Assembly (NCBI GenBank): GCA_041390285.1
Contig: JAWKQD010000001.1
Location: forward strand, 152,839 to 216,838
Reading direction: 5' to 3'
Origin: Thermodesulfobacteriota bacterium
Lineage (GTDB): Bacteria; Desulfobacterota_D; UBA1144; Nemesobacterales; UBA2774
Length of the DNA stretch: 64,000 nucleotides
Shown here: positions 10,754 to 19,797 of the stretch, piece after piece
Numbering within the stretch: position 1 is the first letter of the stretch
Layout of the letters: the number at the start of each line of letters is the position of its first letter
Notes under the pieces: generated by a model
What the model saw: the letters and a program-made list of their open reading frames with translations, nothing else
What the model was told of the DNA's origin: nothing
The model's database searches: none
Program-made: the position numbers and the translations under genes

Positions 10754-10901
10754 TCAGGTGCGGATAAAACATATAGAGAATTGCCGCCGTTTCGGCTGTG
10801 CGTCTCGCCGGGTAAACGAAGGGGCTATTCGAGAATGCATGGCCGAAACGGTTCGAAAATCGCACGCGTTTCGAGATTGTACGAGTATATCGGGGGGATA
10901 T

Positions 10902-11888
10902 ATGTCGAGATTAAATCTTTATCGCCGGGTCCTCGTTATTGCCGGTGCGGCCGTTTTGTATTTGGTGTTGGGTGTTGGGGATGCGTATAGCCAGTGCGGC
11001 GCTTTGTGTGCGCACGAGCGGGCTGGCGGCCGCGGAGTTTCCGCTGAGGGACTCTTAAGCGCGGCAGAGAGCTATCCAGCCGGGAACGAACCGCTATACG
11101 CACAAGCCGGCGAAACCACGACTGATTCAACATACATCGAAGCGCCTTCGGATAAGTGGCAGTTCTCGATAATCCCCTATCTCTGGCTGATGGGAATAAA
11201 CGGCAAAACCACGATCAAGGGCCGGACTTCAAATCTGAATGTTTCCTTCGGAGATATATGGGATAACCTCGATTTTGCAGCCGAGGTGCATATCGAGGCG
11301 TGGAAGGACAGGTACGGGTTTTTCATCGATACGAGCTTTGCGAAAATAGCTATTAAGGACAATGTCGATCTCAGATTCGACAATAGCCTGAGTGCGAAAT
11401 TCATAACGAAATTTTTCCTCGGGGAATTCGGGGGGTTCTACAGGCTGGGAACATGGCAGCTCGGTGGTGGGGCAGGGAGTTATAAAAGCAAGGCGAACAG
11501 CTCCCTTACATTGGACCTTATCGGCGGAGGCCGCTTTTGGTATCTCAAAAATGAGCTGGATATAAAAGGGCCTTTCGGCGTTGACCCTAACGTAAGCGAC
11601 AGTCAGAACTGGTTCGATTTCATAGTCGGCGGGCGGGTGAATCTCGCCCTGAATAAATTCTTCATCCAGCTGAGGAGCGATATAGGCGGGTTCGGTCTCG
11701 GCTTTTCTTCGGACATATCATGGAATATCGCAGGGTATATAGGTTATGAGCTTCCCTGGTACCGGATAACGCCAATAATCGGTTATAGAGCCCTGTACGA
11801 TAAATACAAGGACGGGAGCGGCGATAACCGCTTCGTGTGGGATGCGTGGATATACGGCCCGCAGATTGGCGTCGCGTTTCAGTTCTAG
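10902..11888 (+). CDS. Outer-membrane beta-barrel protein, family not assigned
   Basis: ATG 10902 after a GGGGGGA RBS. Signal peptide ending AYSQ. Alternating beta-strand pattern and the terminal motif GVAFQF (C-terminal Phe). Confidence 0.65.
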   Translation: MSRLNLYRRVLVIAGAAVLYLVLGVGDAYSQCGALCAHERAGGRGVSAEGLLSAAESYPAGNEPLYAQAGETTTDSTYIEAPSDKWQFSIIPYLWLMGINGKTTIKGRTSNLNVSFGDIWDNLDFAAEVHIEAWKDRYGFFIDTSFAKIAIKDNVDLRFDNSLSAKFITKFFLGEFGGFYRLGTWQLGGGAGSYKSKANSSLTLDLIGGGRFWYLKNELDIKGPFGVDPNVSDSQNWFDFIVGGRVNLALNKFFIQLRSDIGGFGLGFSSDISWNIAGYIGYELPWYRITPIIGYRALYDKYKDGSGDNRFVWDAWIYGPQIGVAFQF

Positions 11889-12072
11889 ATGATGCATTGT
11901 TCCTACTAGAAGTGAATCACAGCCTTATAAAGTTGCTATGATTCTCAAGGCTAGCAGCCCGGCCGGAAGGAGACTGCTTGACGGTATAAAGGATTTGGAC
12001 CATCATAAATATCTCTTGTTCGAAGGGTTGCGGATACAAGAGAACTAATTTCGTCGTGAGTGACAGCTCCTG

Positions 12073-14424
12073 TTGAGAAATTCAAAACTGGTTATCGGCC
12101 TGGTGCTGGTTGTTGTCCTGATCGCTGTTTTCCTGGCGGTAAAGGGCCCGTCTTATTTCGGGCCGGACGAGGCGAAACAGCCAGCGGCCTCGCAGGTATA
12201 TACGAAGAGCCCCGTTTCGGAGCCGGAGTTTACCGGCGGCAAGGTTTGCGCAAAGTGTCATCAAAGCGAGTACGACCAATGGCTCGGATCTCACCACGAT
12301 CTGGCCATGCAGGTGGCGGACGGCGGGACCGTCCTCGGGGATTTCGATGGTGCGGAATTCGATTACTACGGCCGAAAGTCCCGGTTCTATAGGCAGGGCG
12401 ACAGGTTCCTTGTCGAGACGGACGGGCCGGACGGAGAGCTCGGCGAGTACGAAATAAAGTACACGTTCGGCGTGTATCCGCTGCAGCAGGATCTGGTCGA
12501 ATTCCCGGGCGGGCGGCTCCAGGCCCTCGGGATAGCTTGGGACAGCAGGCCCGCGGGCGAGGGCGGACAGCGCTGGTTTCATCTATACCCCGATCAGGAA
12601 ATCGTACACACCGACTCGCTTCACTGGACCGGGATAGATCAGAACTGGAACCACATGTGCGCCGATTGTCATTCCACCGACCTCAAGAAGAATTACGACC
12701 TCGAAACCAATACCTATAAAACCTCCTGGTCCGAGATAAACGTTTCATGCGAGGCGTGCCACGGCCCGGGATCGGAGCACGTGAAGTGGGCGGAGGCGAA
12801 GGATTCGGGCGCTCCGCCTGGGAACGGTCTCGTCGTTGACCTCGGCGAAAGAAAGGGCGTGAGCTGGAATATCGACGCAGGCTCGGGGAAAGCTGTCAGG
12901 AGCCGCCCGATCGGCGGGCATAAGGAAGTGGACGTCTGCGCGCAGTGCCATTCGAGAAGGAGCGAGATAGCCGAGGACTACTTCCACGGAAAGAGCCTTC
13001 TCGACAGCTATATACCTTCGCTTCTGGATGAGGGAGTCTACTATCCGGACGGGCAGATACAGGCGGAAGATTACGAATACGGCTCGTTTGTCCAGAGCAA
13101 GATGTATCATCAGGGGGTAACCTGCAGCGACTGCCATAATCCTCACAGCCTTGAGCTCAGGGCCGAGGGCAACGCGTTATGCGGGCAGTGCCATTCGGCG
13201 GAGAAATACGATACGCCGGTGCACCACAATCACAAGGCGGGGTCGGCGGGCGCGAGCTGCGCCGCGTGCCACATGCCCGAGACTATGTATATGCAGATAG
13301 ACGGCCGCGGCGATCACAGCATCAGGATACCGAGGCCCGACCTCACCGTTAAAATCGGGGTTCCCAACGCATGCGGCAAGTGTCATACGGACCGCTCCCC
13401 GGAATGGGCCGCGTCTGAGATATCCGGATGGGAAAGCGGGGATTACAAGGGCTACCAGGGGTACGCCGAGGCGCTTAGCGCGGGCAGGACCGGCGCGGCC
13501 GGGGCGGAAGGGCTCCTGATGACCCTCGCCGGGAATGAAGGCGCCCCTTCGATCGCTCGGGCTACTGCGCTCAGGGATTTGGGAGGATATCTGAGCCCCT
13601 CGTCGCTCCCCACGCTTGAAGAAGGCCTCGAGAGCGGCGACCCGCTTTTAAGAGAGGCCTCGCTCGATGCGCTTTATCACGCGCCTCCTGAAACGAGGCT
13701 CACGCTGGCGCTTCCTTTATTAAAGGACCCCGTGCTCGGCGTAAGGTTAAAGGCGGTATCCGTCCTCGCAGGAGTCCCCAAGGCGAACATGACTCCCGCA
13801 CAGGTGCGGATGCTGAGTGACGGTTTCGGGGAGTTCGTGAAATCGCAGATGGTAAACGCCGACCGGCCGGAGTCGCACGTAAATCTCGGGCTTGCGTATA
13901 TGGAGCTTGGGCAATTCGCCGAAGCCGAGAAATCCTATAAAACCGCGATGAGGATTGCTCCATCGTTTACGCCGGCATACGTTAACCTCGCCGATCTTTA
14001 CAGGATGGAGGGCCGCGACGCAGAAGGGGAGGGGCTCCTCAGGAAAGCGATCGATATTGCGCCGGGGAATGCCGATGCCTACCATGCGCTGGGGCTGCTC
14101 CTGATAAGGCAAAAGAATGTGCCCGAGGCGATGAACGCGCTCGGGGAGGCTGTGAACCTGAGCCCGGACAATGCCCGCTACTGCTATGTCTATGCGGTGG
14201 CGCTAAACGAAACCGGCAGGCCTGACGAAGCGCTGACTGTTCTCGAGAAGGCCAATTCGCGAAATCCGAACGACAGGGAAATACTCTATGCCCTCGCTGT
14301 GTTCAGCGCCAATTCGGGCGATCTCGAAGCGGCAAGAAGATATGCCGAAAGGCTCCGTGAGCTGTCGCCGGAAGATCCCGCAGTCGAAAAACTCATGAAT
14401 GATCTCCCGCATAGCGGCAAATAA
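12073..14424 (+). CDS. Membrane-anchored octaheme c-type cytochrome fused to C-terminal TPR repeats
   Basis: Eight CXXCH motifs (CAKCH, CADCH, CEACH, CAQCH, CSDCH, CGQCH, CAACH, CGKCH). N-terminal hydrophobic anchor. TPR-like repeats in the last ~250 aa. TTG start. Confidence 0.8.
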   Translation: MRNSKLVIGLVLVVVLIAVFLAVKGPSYFGPDEAKQPAASQVYTKSPVSEPEFTGGKVCAKCHQSEYDQWLGSHHDLAMQVADGGTVLGDFDGAEFDYYGRKSRFYRQGDRFLVETDGPDGELGEYEIKYTFGVYPLQQDLVEFPGGRLQALGIAWDSRPAGEGGQRWFHLYPDQEIVHTDSLHWTGIDQNWNHMCADCHSTDLKKNYDLETNTYKTSWSEINVSCEACHGPGSEHVKWAEAKDSGAPPGNGLVVDLGERKGVSWNIDAGSGKAVRSRPIGGHKEVDVCAQCHSRRSEIAEDYFHGKSLLDSYIPSLLDEGVYYPDGQIQAEDYEYGSFVQSKMYHQGVTCSDCHNPHSLELRAEGNALCGQCHSAEKYDTPVHHNHKAGSAGASCAACHMPETMYMQIDGRGDHSIRIPRPDLTVKIGVPNACGKCHTDRSPEWAASEISGWESGDYKGYQGYAEALSAGRTGAAGAEGLLMTLAGNEGAPSIARATALRDLGGYLSPSSLPTLEEGLESGDPLLREASLDALYHAPPETRLTLALPLLKDPVLGVRLKAVSVLAGVPKANMTPAQVRMLSDGFGEFVKSQMVNADRPESHVNLGLAYMELGQFAEAEKSYKTAMRIAPSFTPAYVNLADLYRMEGRDAEGEGLLRKAIDIAPGNADAYHALGLLLIRQKNVPEAMNALGEAVNLSPDNARYCYVYAVALNETGRPDEALTVLEKANSRNPNDREILYALAVFSANSGDLEAARRYAERLRELSPEDPAVEKLMNDLPHSGK

Positions 14425-14626
14425 CTTCCATAGGCATCCCGGGAAGGGGTGATAATCTTTGCCGCCCTGTCGTATTGAATAATCCCGCTCGAAGCAATAG
14501 AATTACTGGCGAATAAATCTCTCCAAGGATTGGAAGATGGCCCTCCTCGGCCTTGCAACCTGGTGGTAATAGGCCGCATCTGGCGAGGCGGAGTTTATTG
14601 TCGTTGCAGTAATTTGGCCGTTAATC

Positions 14627-15895
14627 ATGCTGAACACTTTCCGATTTATCTTCATATGTATAGCACTGTTTATGCTTTCCGGCTGCGCCGCCACGTATGA
14701 CACTCAACCGCTTGAGACATCGACTTTCCTCGAAAGGGCGCAGACGAAGAGCCGGGCCGGTCTTACCGTAACGGCGGCGGTATTGAGCCGCGACGAGAGC
14801 GAGGAGATATTCGGTGTAGACCTCGCCGCGAGTGGTGTGCAGCCCGTATGGATAGATATTGAGAACAATGCGGACGTGCCTTACATGTTCATGCCGATAG
14901 CCCTTGATCCCGATTATTTCTCGCCGAACGAGGTTTCGTGGATGAACCATTTCAGGTTCGGCAGCTCGGCGAACAAGAAAATGGACGCGGTATTCGATGA
15001 AAACGCTATAGCTCTCGAGTTCATTCTGCCAGGCCACAGGCGTAAGGGGTTCGTATATACAAACCTCGACCCGGGAGTGAAGTTCGTCAACGTTACGCTT
15101 TACGAGGTAGAGAATACGGAGAATTTCTTCTTCTACTTCGAGGTGCCCGGGGTGACGCCGGACAACGAACACGTGGATTTCGCGTCCCTCTACACGGACG
15201 ACGAGATCATACACGTGGAGACGGAGGAAGAGCTAAGGGATGCTCTCGATACGCTCCCGTGCTGCACCACCAACGAGGACGGGGCAGGGCAGGGCGATCC
15301 GATAAACGTTATTTTTGTCGGGAAGCCGAGCGATATTACGGCGGCCACTATCAAGCAAAGGTGGGACATCGCGGAGGTCGAGAGAAAAAAATTCAGCATG
15401 GATTTGAACAAGGTGTTCTCGACGGCCAAGTACAGGACTTTCCCTATGTCGAGCCACTACGCATATGGGCGGAGGCAGGATGTCAGCCTCCAGAAATCGA
15501 GGGCGAAATCGGGCTCCACGTACCGCCAGCGCAGCACGCTCAGGGTTTGGCTCACCCCCATACGATACAAGGGAATGACGGTATGGGCAGGGGCGGTAAG
15601 CCGCGACATAGGCTCCGATTTGAGAGTCAGGAAATACTGGTTCGTCGCCCAGGAAATCGACCCGAACATAGACGAGACGCGGGATTATATCGTAGAGGAT
15701 ATGGTTCTTTCCGGTAATGTCTACGAGCTGGGATTTGTAAAGGGGATTCCATCCGCAACGGAGGACAATCCTCACACTAACCTTTCGGGCCTCCCGTGGT
15801 GGTCCGACGGGAGAAGGGCGGTGCTCTTCTTCACCGACGAGCCGGTTCAGCTCGATGAAATGGTGATACTCCCGTGGGAAGAGGTGGAGTATTGA
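14627..15895 (+). CDS. LssY-C-like domain lipoprotein, paralog 1
   Basis: Lipobox LSGC. C-terminal region GDPINVIFVG...LRVWLTPIRYKGMTVWAGAVSRDIG resembles the LssY C-terminal family (from memory). Confidence 0.6.
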   Translation: MLNTFRFIFICIALFMLSGCAATYDTQPLETSTFLERAQTKSRAGLTVTAAVLSRDESEEIFGVDLAASGVQPVWIDIENNADVPYMFMPIALDPDYFSPNEVSWMNHFRFGSSANKKMDAVFDENAIALEFILPGHRRKGFVYTNLDPGVKFVNVTLYEVENTENFFFYFEVPGVTPDNEHVDFASLYTDDEIIHVETEEELRDALDTLPCCTTNEDGAGQGDPINVIFVGKPSDITAATIKQRWDIAEVERKKFSMDLNKVFSTAKYRTFPMSSHYAYGRRQDVSLQKSRAKSGSTYRQRSTLRVWLTPIRYKGMTVWAGAVSRDIGSDLRVRKYWFVAQEIDPNIDETRDYIVEDMVLSGNVYELGFVKGIPSATEDNPHTNLSGLPWWSDGRRAVLFFTDEPVQLDEMVILPWEEVEY

Positions 15896-15900
15896 GCGCG

Positions 15901-17322
15901 ATGAGAGCCGTACTTTATATTCTGGTGATATTACTGCCTGTGATGATTGCCGGCTGCTCGCCTTATTGCGGCACGCAGTCGGATGAAGAAGCGGCTTTCG
16001 GCGCGCCTCCGGCAAAAGGCTGCAAGGCGTATTCACCTTCCAGCGACCCGCTTGGGGATGTGCCGTTCATGACCAGGAGCGAAACGCAGTCCGAGGATGG
16101 TATCACAGTTACCGCAGCCGTGCCCAGCGATCAGGAGAACGAGCAGATTTTCGGACTCAATCTCGGAGGCAAAGGGATTCAGCCGGTATGGATCGAAGTT
16201 CGGAACGATTCCGACAAGCCGGTTACTCTGGTTTATGTGGCTATGGATCCGGAATATTACTCGCCTAACGAGGCAGCGTACACGAATCACGGGTTCGCGA
16301 ATCCGACAAATGAGGACATCACCGAGTATTTCAACGATCAGAGCACTGTCAGGGTAATCCCTCCCGGAGGCGAGATTTCGGGGTTTTTCTACGCCGAGTG
16401 GGACCCGGGCATTAAATACATCGACGTCAATGTTTACGGCGAAAACCGCTACCATAACTTCATGTTCTACTTCGTCATTCCCGGGATTAAGCTCGATTAC
16501 CAGCGCGTTGACTGGGAGAAAATCTATAAAGAAGACGAGTACGTGAATTACGAGACGGAAGAGGAGCTGCGGCAGGCTCTGGAAAGCTTCCCATGCTGCG
16601 CGACGAGAAAGGACGGCTCGGGCGAGAACGACGCGCTTAACTTTTTCGTCGTCGGCGATACCGACGATATTGTGGCGTCGTTTATAAGGCGCGGCTGGGA
16701 TGTTACAGAGCCCATAAACGCAAGCTCCGGCTGGAGGGCCTTCAAGGCATATTTCACAGGGAAGAGGTACAGGACTTCCCCCATGAGCAGCATATTTGTG
16801 TTCAAGCGTCCGCAAGACATTGGGCTGCAGAAGGCGCGCTCGAGCATTCACGAGCGGAACCATCTAAGGCTCTGGCTCATGCCCATAAGATACAAGGGCC
16901 TGGACGTGTGGGTGGGTTCGGTGAGCAGGGACGTTGGGTCTTACATGACGTTCAGGACTCCATGGCTCTCGGCCCACGCAATAGACCCCGACCTCGACGA
17001 GGCGAGGACGTATCTGGAGCAGGATCTTCTATTTTCAGGCGGCGTGAAGAAGTTCGGGTACGTGAAGGGTATAAGGCCTTCCACGCCAGACGACCCGCAC
17101 TGGAATTTCATGAAACAGCCCTGGTGGACGGACGGATACAGGACGGTTTTTCTCTTCGGCGACGATCTCACAAGCTTAAACGAGGTGGAAATCTTCGAGT
17201 GGGAATGGGCCGGCGAGAACAGTGAGGAGGTCATTGAGTACCTTAAGGGAGCGGAGGCGGCAAGAAAGAATGCCGGGGGACCGCCTCACCAGAGTACCGA
17301 AAATAATAAAGAGGCCGATTAA
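15901..17322 (+). CDS. LssY-C-like domain lipoprotein, paralog 2
   Basis: ATG 15901 gives MRAVLYILVILLPVMIAGC (lipobox). Collinear similarity to the upstream gene throughout (ITVTAAVPSDQENEQIFGLNL..., LRLWLMPIRYKGLDVWVGSVSRDVG). Confidence 0.6.
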   Translation: MRAVLYILVILLPVMIAGCSPYCGTQSDEEAAFGAPPAKGCKAYSPSSDPLGDVPFMTRSETQSEDGITVTAAVPSDQENEQIFGLNLGGKGIQPVWIEVRNDSDKPVTLVYVAMDPEYYSPNEAAYTNHGFANPTNEDITEYFNDQSTVRVIPPGGEISGFFYAEWDPGIKYIDVNVYGENRYHNFMFYFVIPGIKLDYQRVDWEKIYKEDEYVNYETEEELRQALESFPCCATRKDGSGENDALNFFVVGDTDDIVASFIRRGWDVTEPINASSGWRAFKAYFTGKRYRTSPMSSIFVFKRPQDIGLQKARSSIHERNHLRLWLMPIRYKGLDVWVGSVSRDVGSYMTFRTPWLSAHAIDPDLDEARTYLEQDLLFSGGVKKFGYVKGIRPSTPDDPHWNFMKQPWWTDGYRTVFLFGDDLTSLNEVEIFEWEWAGENSEEVIEYLKGAEAARKNAGGPPHQSTENNKEAD

Positions 17323-17560
17323 TGCCGCACCGTGGATGATTTCTGTCGTTTGTCTTAAATTAGGACATTTGGCGTGTGTCGGCGGTGCCTGAATAGTTTG
17401 TCTCCCCATCTTCCTGCAGTCCGCTTCATCTGCCGGTATTAGTTATTTCCATATAAAACCTTGATGACCGGCGCTTGCTTTGCCGCTAAACTTCCACCGA
17501 TTACTTGATTTTGTAATATGCAGCCCAACTGGTACGAGTCTTGCAAGCTTAATCGGAGGA

Positions 17561-18133
17561 ATGAAAGGATATCCAAAAGAGCTGGTTTTAAGGGACAAGA
17601 CGACCGTCATTGTTAGGCAGATCCGGGAGGAGGACGCAGGCGCCGTAAGGAGACTCTTTTCCAGGATACCGAAATCGGACCTGCTTATGTACAAAGACGA
17701 CGTCGCCAGGCGCGAGCCTCTCGAAAACTGGTTTCTTAGCCAAAGTTACAAGAAAGTCGAGGACCTGGTCGCAATCAGCGACGGCGAGGTCGTGGCCAAG
17801 GGCACACTCAACACCGAGGGGCTGTTTTGGCCCCACGCGGCCGAAGTGAAGCTCGTGGTGGACCCCGAATGCCGGGGCAAAGGGCTCGGCTCGCTCATGT
17901 TCAACATCCTCCTTTACGAAGGTCTCAAAAGGCATTTTCAGAATATTATCGTGAGGTATCTTCACGATAATATGAGCTTCATTAAAATCCTCAATCACTA
18001 CGGGTTCGAGCCGGAATCCGTCCTCAACTACTATGTGGTCGATGAGGACACCAGGGATCAGAAGGACCTGGTCGTTGCGTCCTACGATCTTCAGACGTGG
18101 GAGAGGAGATTCGAGTACTATACATATATCTGA
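17561..18133 (+). CDS. GNAT-family N-acetyltransferase
   Basis: Acetyl-CoA motif region VVDPECRGKGLGSLMFNILL. Start uncertain (ATG 17561 or TTG 17480). Confidence 0.7.
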   Translation: MKGYPKELVLRDKTTVIVRQIREEDAGAVRRLFSRIPKSDLLMYKDDVARREPLENWFLSQSYKKVEDLVAISDGEVVAKGTLNTEGLFWPHAAEVKLVVDPECRGKGLGSLMFNILLYEGLKRHFQNIIVRYLHDNMSFIKILNHYGFEPESVLNYYVVDEDTRDQKDLVVASYDLQTWERRFEYYTYI

Positions 18134-18249
18134 CGGCATTGTTCCTCCTCGAATCGTATTTGGGGAGATTGTAAGCGGAATGGCCAAATGCTATTCTGTA
18201 AATTCGGCCATTGTTTCCGTGCGGAATCGGCCGTGGAGTACATCAAGCA

Positions 18250-19797
18250 ATGGATGAAGGCGCAAAAAAGGTGAAAAAGGAGCCGGACTCGGCTATGGCG
18301 GGGCAGGAACGGAATGCGCAGCCGGAGGACTGGAGTATCGAGGCCGACGAGCAGCTCCTGGAAAAGAATTACAGCCTGATTGTGGAATCGGTGCCGAGCG
18401 GCATAGTTATGACAAACCACAGGGGGCAGATTCTTTTCGTGAATTCACTCGTCTACAAGATGTTCGGATACGAGCCGGGGGAGCTGGCAGGTGAGACTAT
18501 CGAAGTACTCGTTCCCGAACGCTTCAGGAAGATACACACAGAGTTCAGGTATTCGTACCAGGCCTCGCCGAGCACACGCCCGATGGGAAGGGGCAGGGAG
18601 CTTTTCGCCTGCAGGAAAGACGGCACGGAGTTTCCGGTAGAGATAGGGCTCAATCCCGTACAGACGAAAACTGGAATGGTCGTACTCAGCACGATCGTGG
18701 ATATTACGGACAGGAAGCTCATCGAGAAGCTCGTGAGGGAAGGGGACGAGAAGTTCCGCCGCGTTATGGATAATGCGTCAGACGCGGTGCTTGTATTCGA
18801 TGCCTCGGGAAGGGTGGAGACGATAAACAGGGCTGGGCTCGACCTCTTTGCAGGCGAGGGCGGCCAGATAAATGAGATCTGGGAAATTATAACCCCCGAG
18901 AGAAGGCAGCGCTTTACTCTCCAGCTCGAGCGCGTTAAGGAAGGCGCGGCTATAGTGGATCAGGAAACGGAGATGCTCAGAAAAGACGGAGGGCGCGTAC
19001 CGGTGAGTATAAGCCTCGTCTACATGGAGCAGGGCGGGGGGAGGTTTATCGAAACCGTCAGGGACATATCCGCCAGGATAGCGATGAGGAACAAGATAGT
19101 CGAGCTCGAAAAGGCGCAGATAGTCGGCAGGATGGCGGAGGGGTTCGCCCATCACATGGGCACGCCACTTGCGTCTATGCTGCTCCGTGTACAGATGCTT
19201 AAAGACGACATGAAAGAGATTCCCGAATGCGGGGAAATCGGCGAGAAGCTGGATTCGATAGAGAGGCAGATACTCTACGGCCAGAAGGTGATACAGAGGC
19301 TTCTCCGGTTCGTCAGCAACCCGCAGAGCGAAAAGGCCCCCGAAAATCTCTCGGAGATTCTGACCGAGTCGCTGGATATGGTGCGGCCGCTCTTACGGAA
19401 GCAAGGAATAACCGCGGAAACGGATCTCGACCCGGAGCTCGTGATCTTGTCGGATCCGAATCTCCTTCACCTCGTTTTCAGCGATGCGGCGATGAATGCC
19501 GTTGACGCCATGCCCGAGGGCGGGAAGCTTACTATTACGGCGAATGGGGAAGAGGTCCCCGGGTTCGCTGTTGTGCGGATAGCGGACACGGGCACAGGCA
19601 TACCGAGGGAGGTTATACCGTTTGTCTTCGACCCGTTTTTCACGACGAAGCCGACGGGGGTAGGGACCGGGCTGGGGCTTTCCGTTGCGAAACGCGTTAT
19701 AACCGATCACGGCGGAGAGGTTTCGATCAAAAGTAAGGAAGGGAAGGGGACTACGCTTCTTATTAAACTGCCTATACATGTGGAGATAGAGTCATAG
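18250..19797 (+). CDS. PAS-domain sensor histidine kinase
   Basis: Two PAS-like segments, an H-box region (AEGFAHHMGTPLASM) and HATPase boxes (DTGTGIP, GTGLGLSVAKR). Start taken at ATG 18250. Confidence 0.8.
   Translation: MDEGAKKVKKEPDSAMAGQERNAQPEDWSIEADEQLLEKNYSLIVESVPSGIVMTNHRGQILFVNSLVYKMFGYEPGELAGETIEVLVPERFRKIHTEFRYSYQASPSTRPMGRGRELFACRKDGTEFPVEIGLNPVQTKTGMVVLSTIVDITDRKLIEKLVREGDEKFRRVMDNASDAVLVFDASGRVETINRAGLDLFAGEGGQINEIWEIITPERRQRFTLQLERVKEGAAIVDQETEMLRKDGGRVPVSISLVYMEQGGGRFIETVRDISARIAMRNKIVELEKAQIVGRMAEGFAHHMGTPLASMLLRVQMLKDDMKEIPECGEIGEKLDSIERQILYGQKVIQRLLRFVSNPQSEKAPENLSEILTESLDMVRPLLRKQGITAETDLDPELVILSDPNLLHLVFSDAAMNAVDAMPEGGKLTITANGEEVPGFAVVRIADTGTGIPREVIPFVFDPFFTTKPTGVGTGLGLSVAKRVITDHGGEVSIKSKEGKGTTLLIKLPIHVEIES

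Noticed and set aside
12060-12392. Alternative GTG-initiated 110-aa ORF overlapping the start of the octaheme gene
   Set aside because: Arg/Gly/Pro-rich shadow frame. The overlapping frame from TTG 12073 has a membrane anchor and heme motifs.
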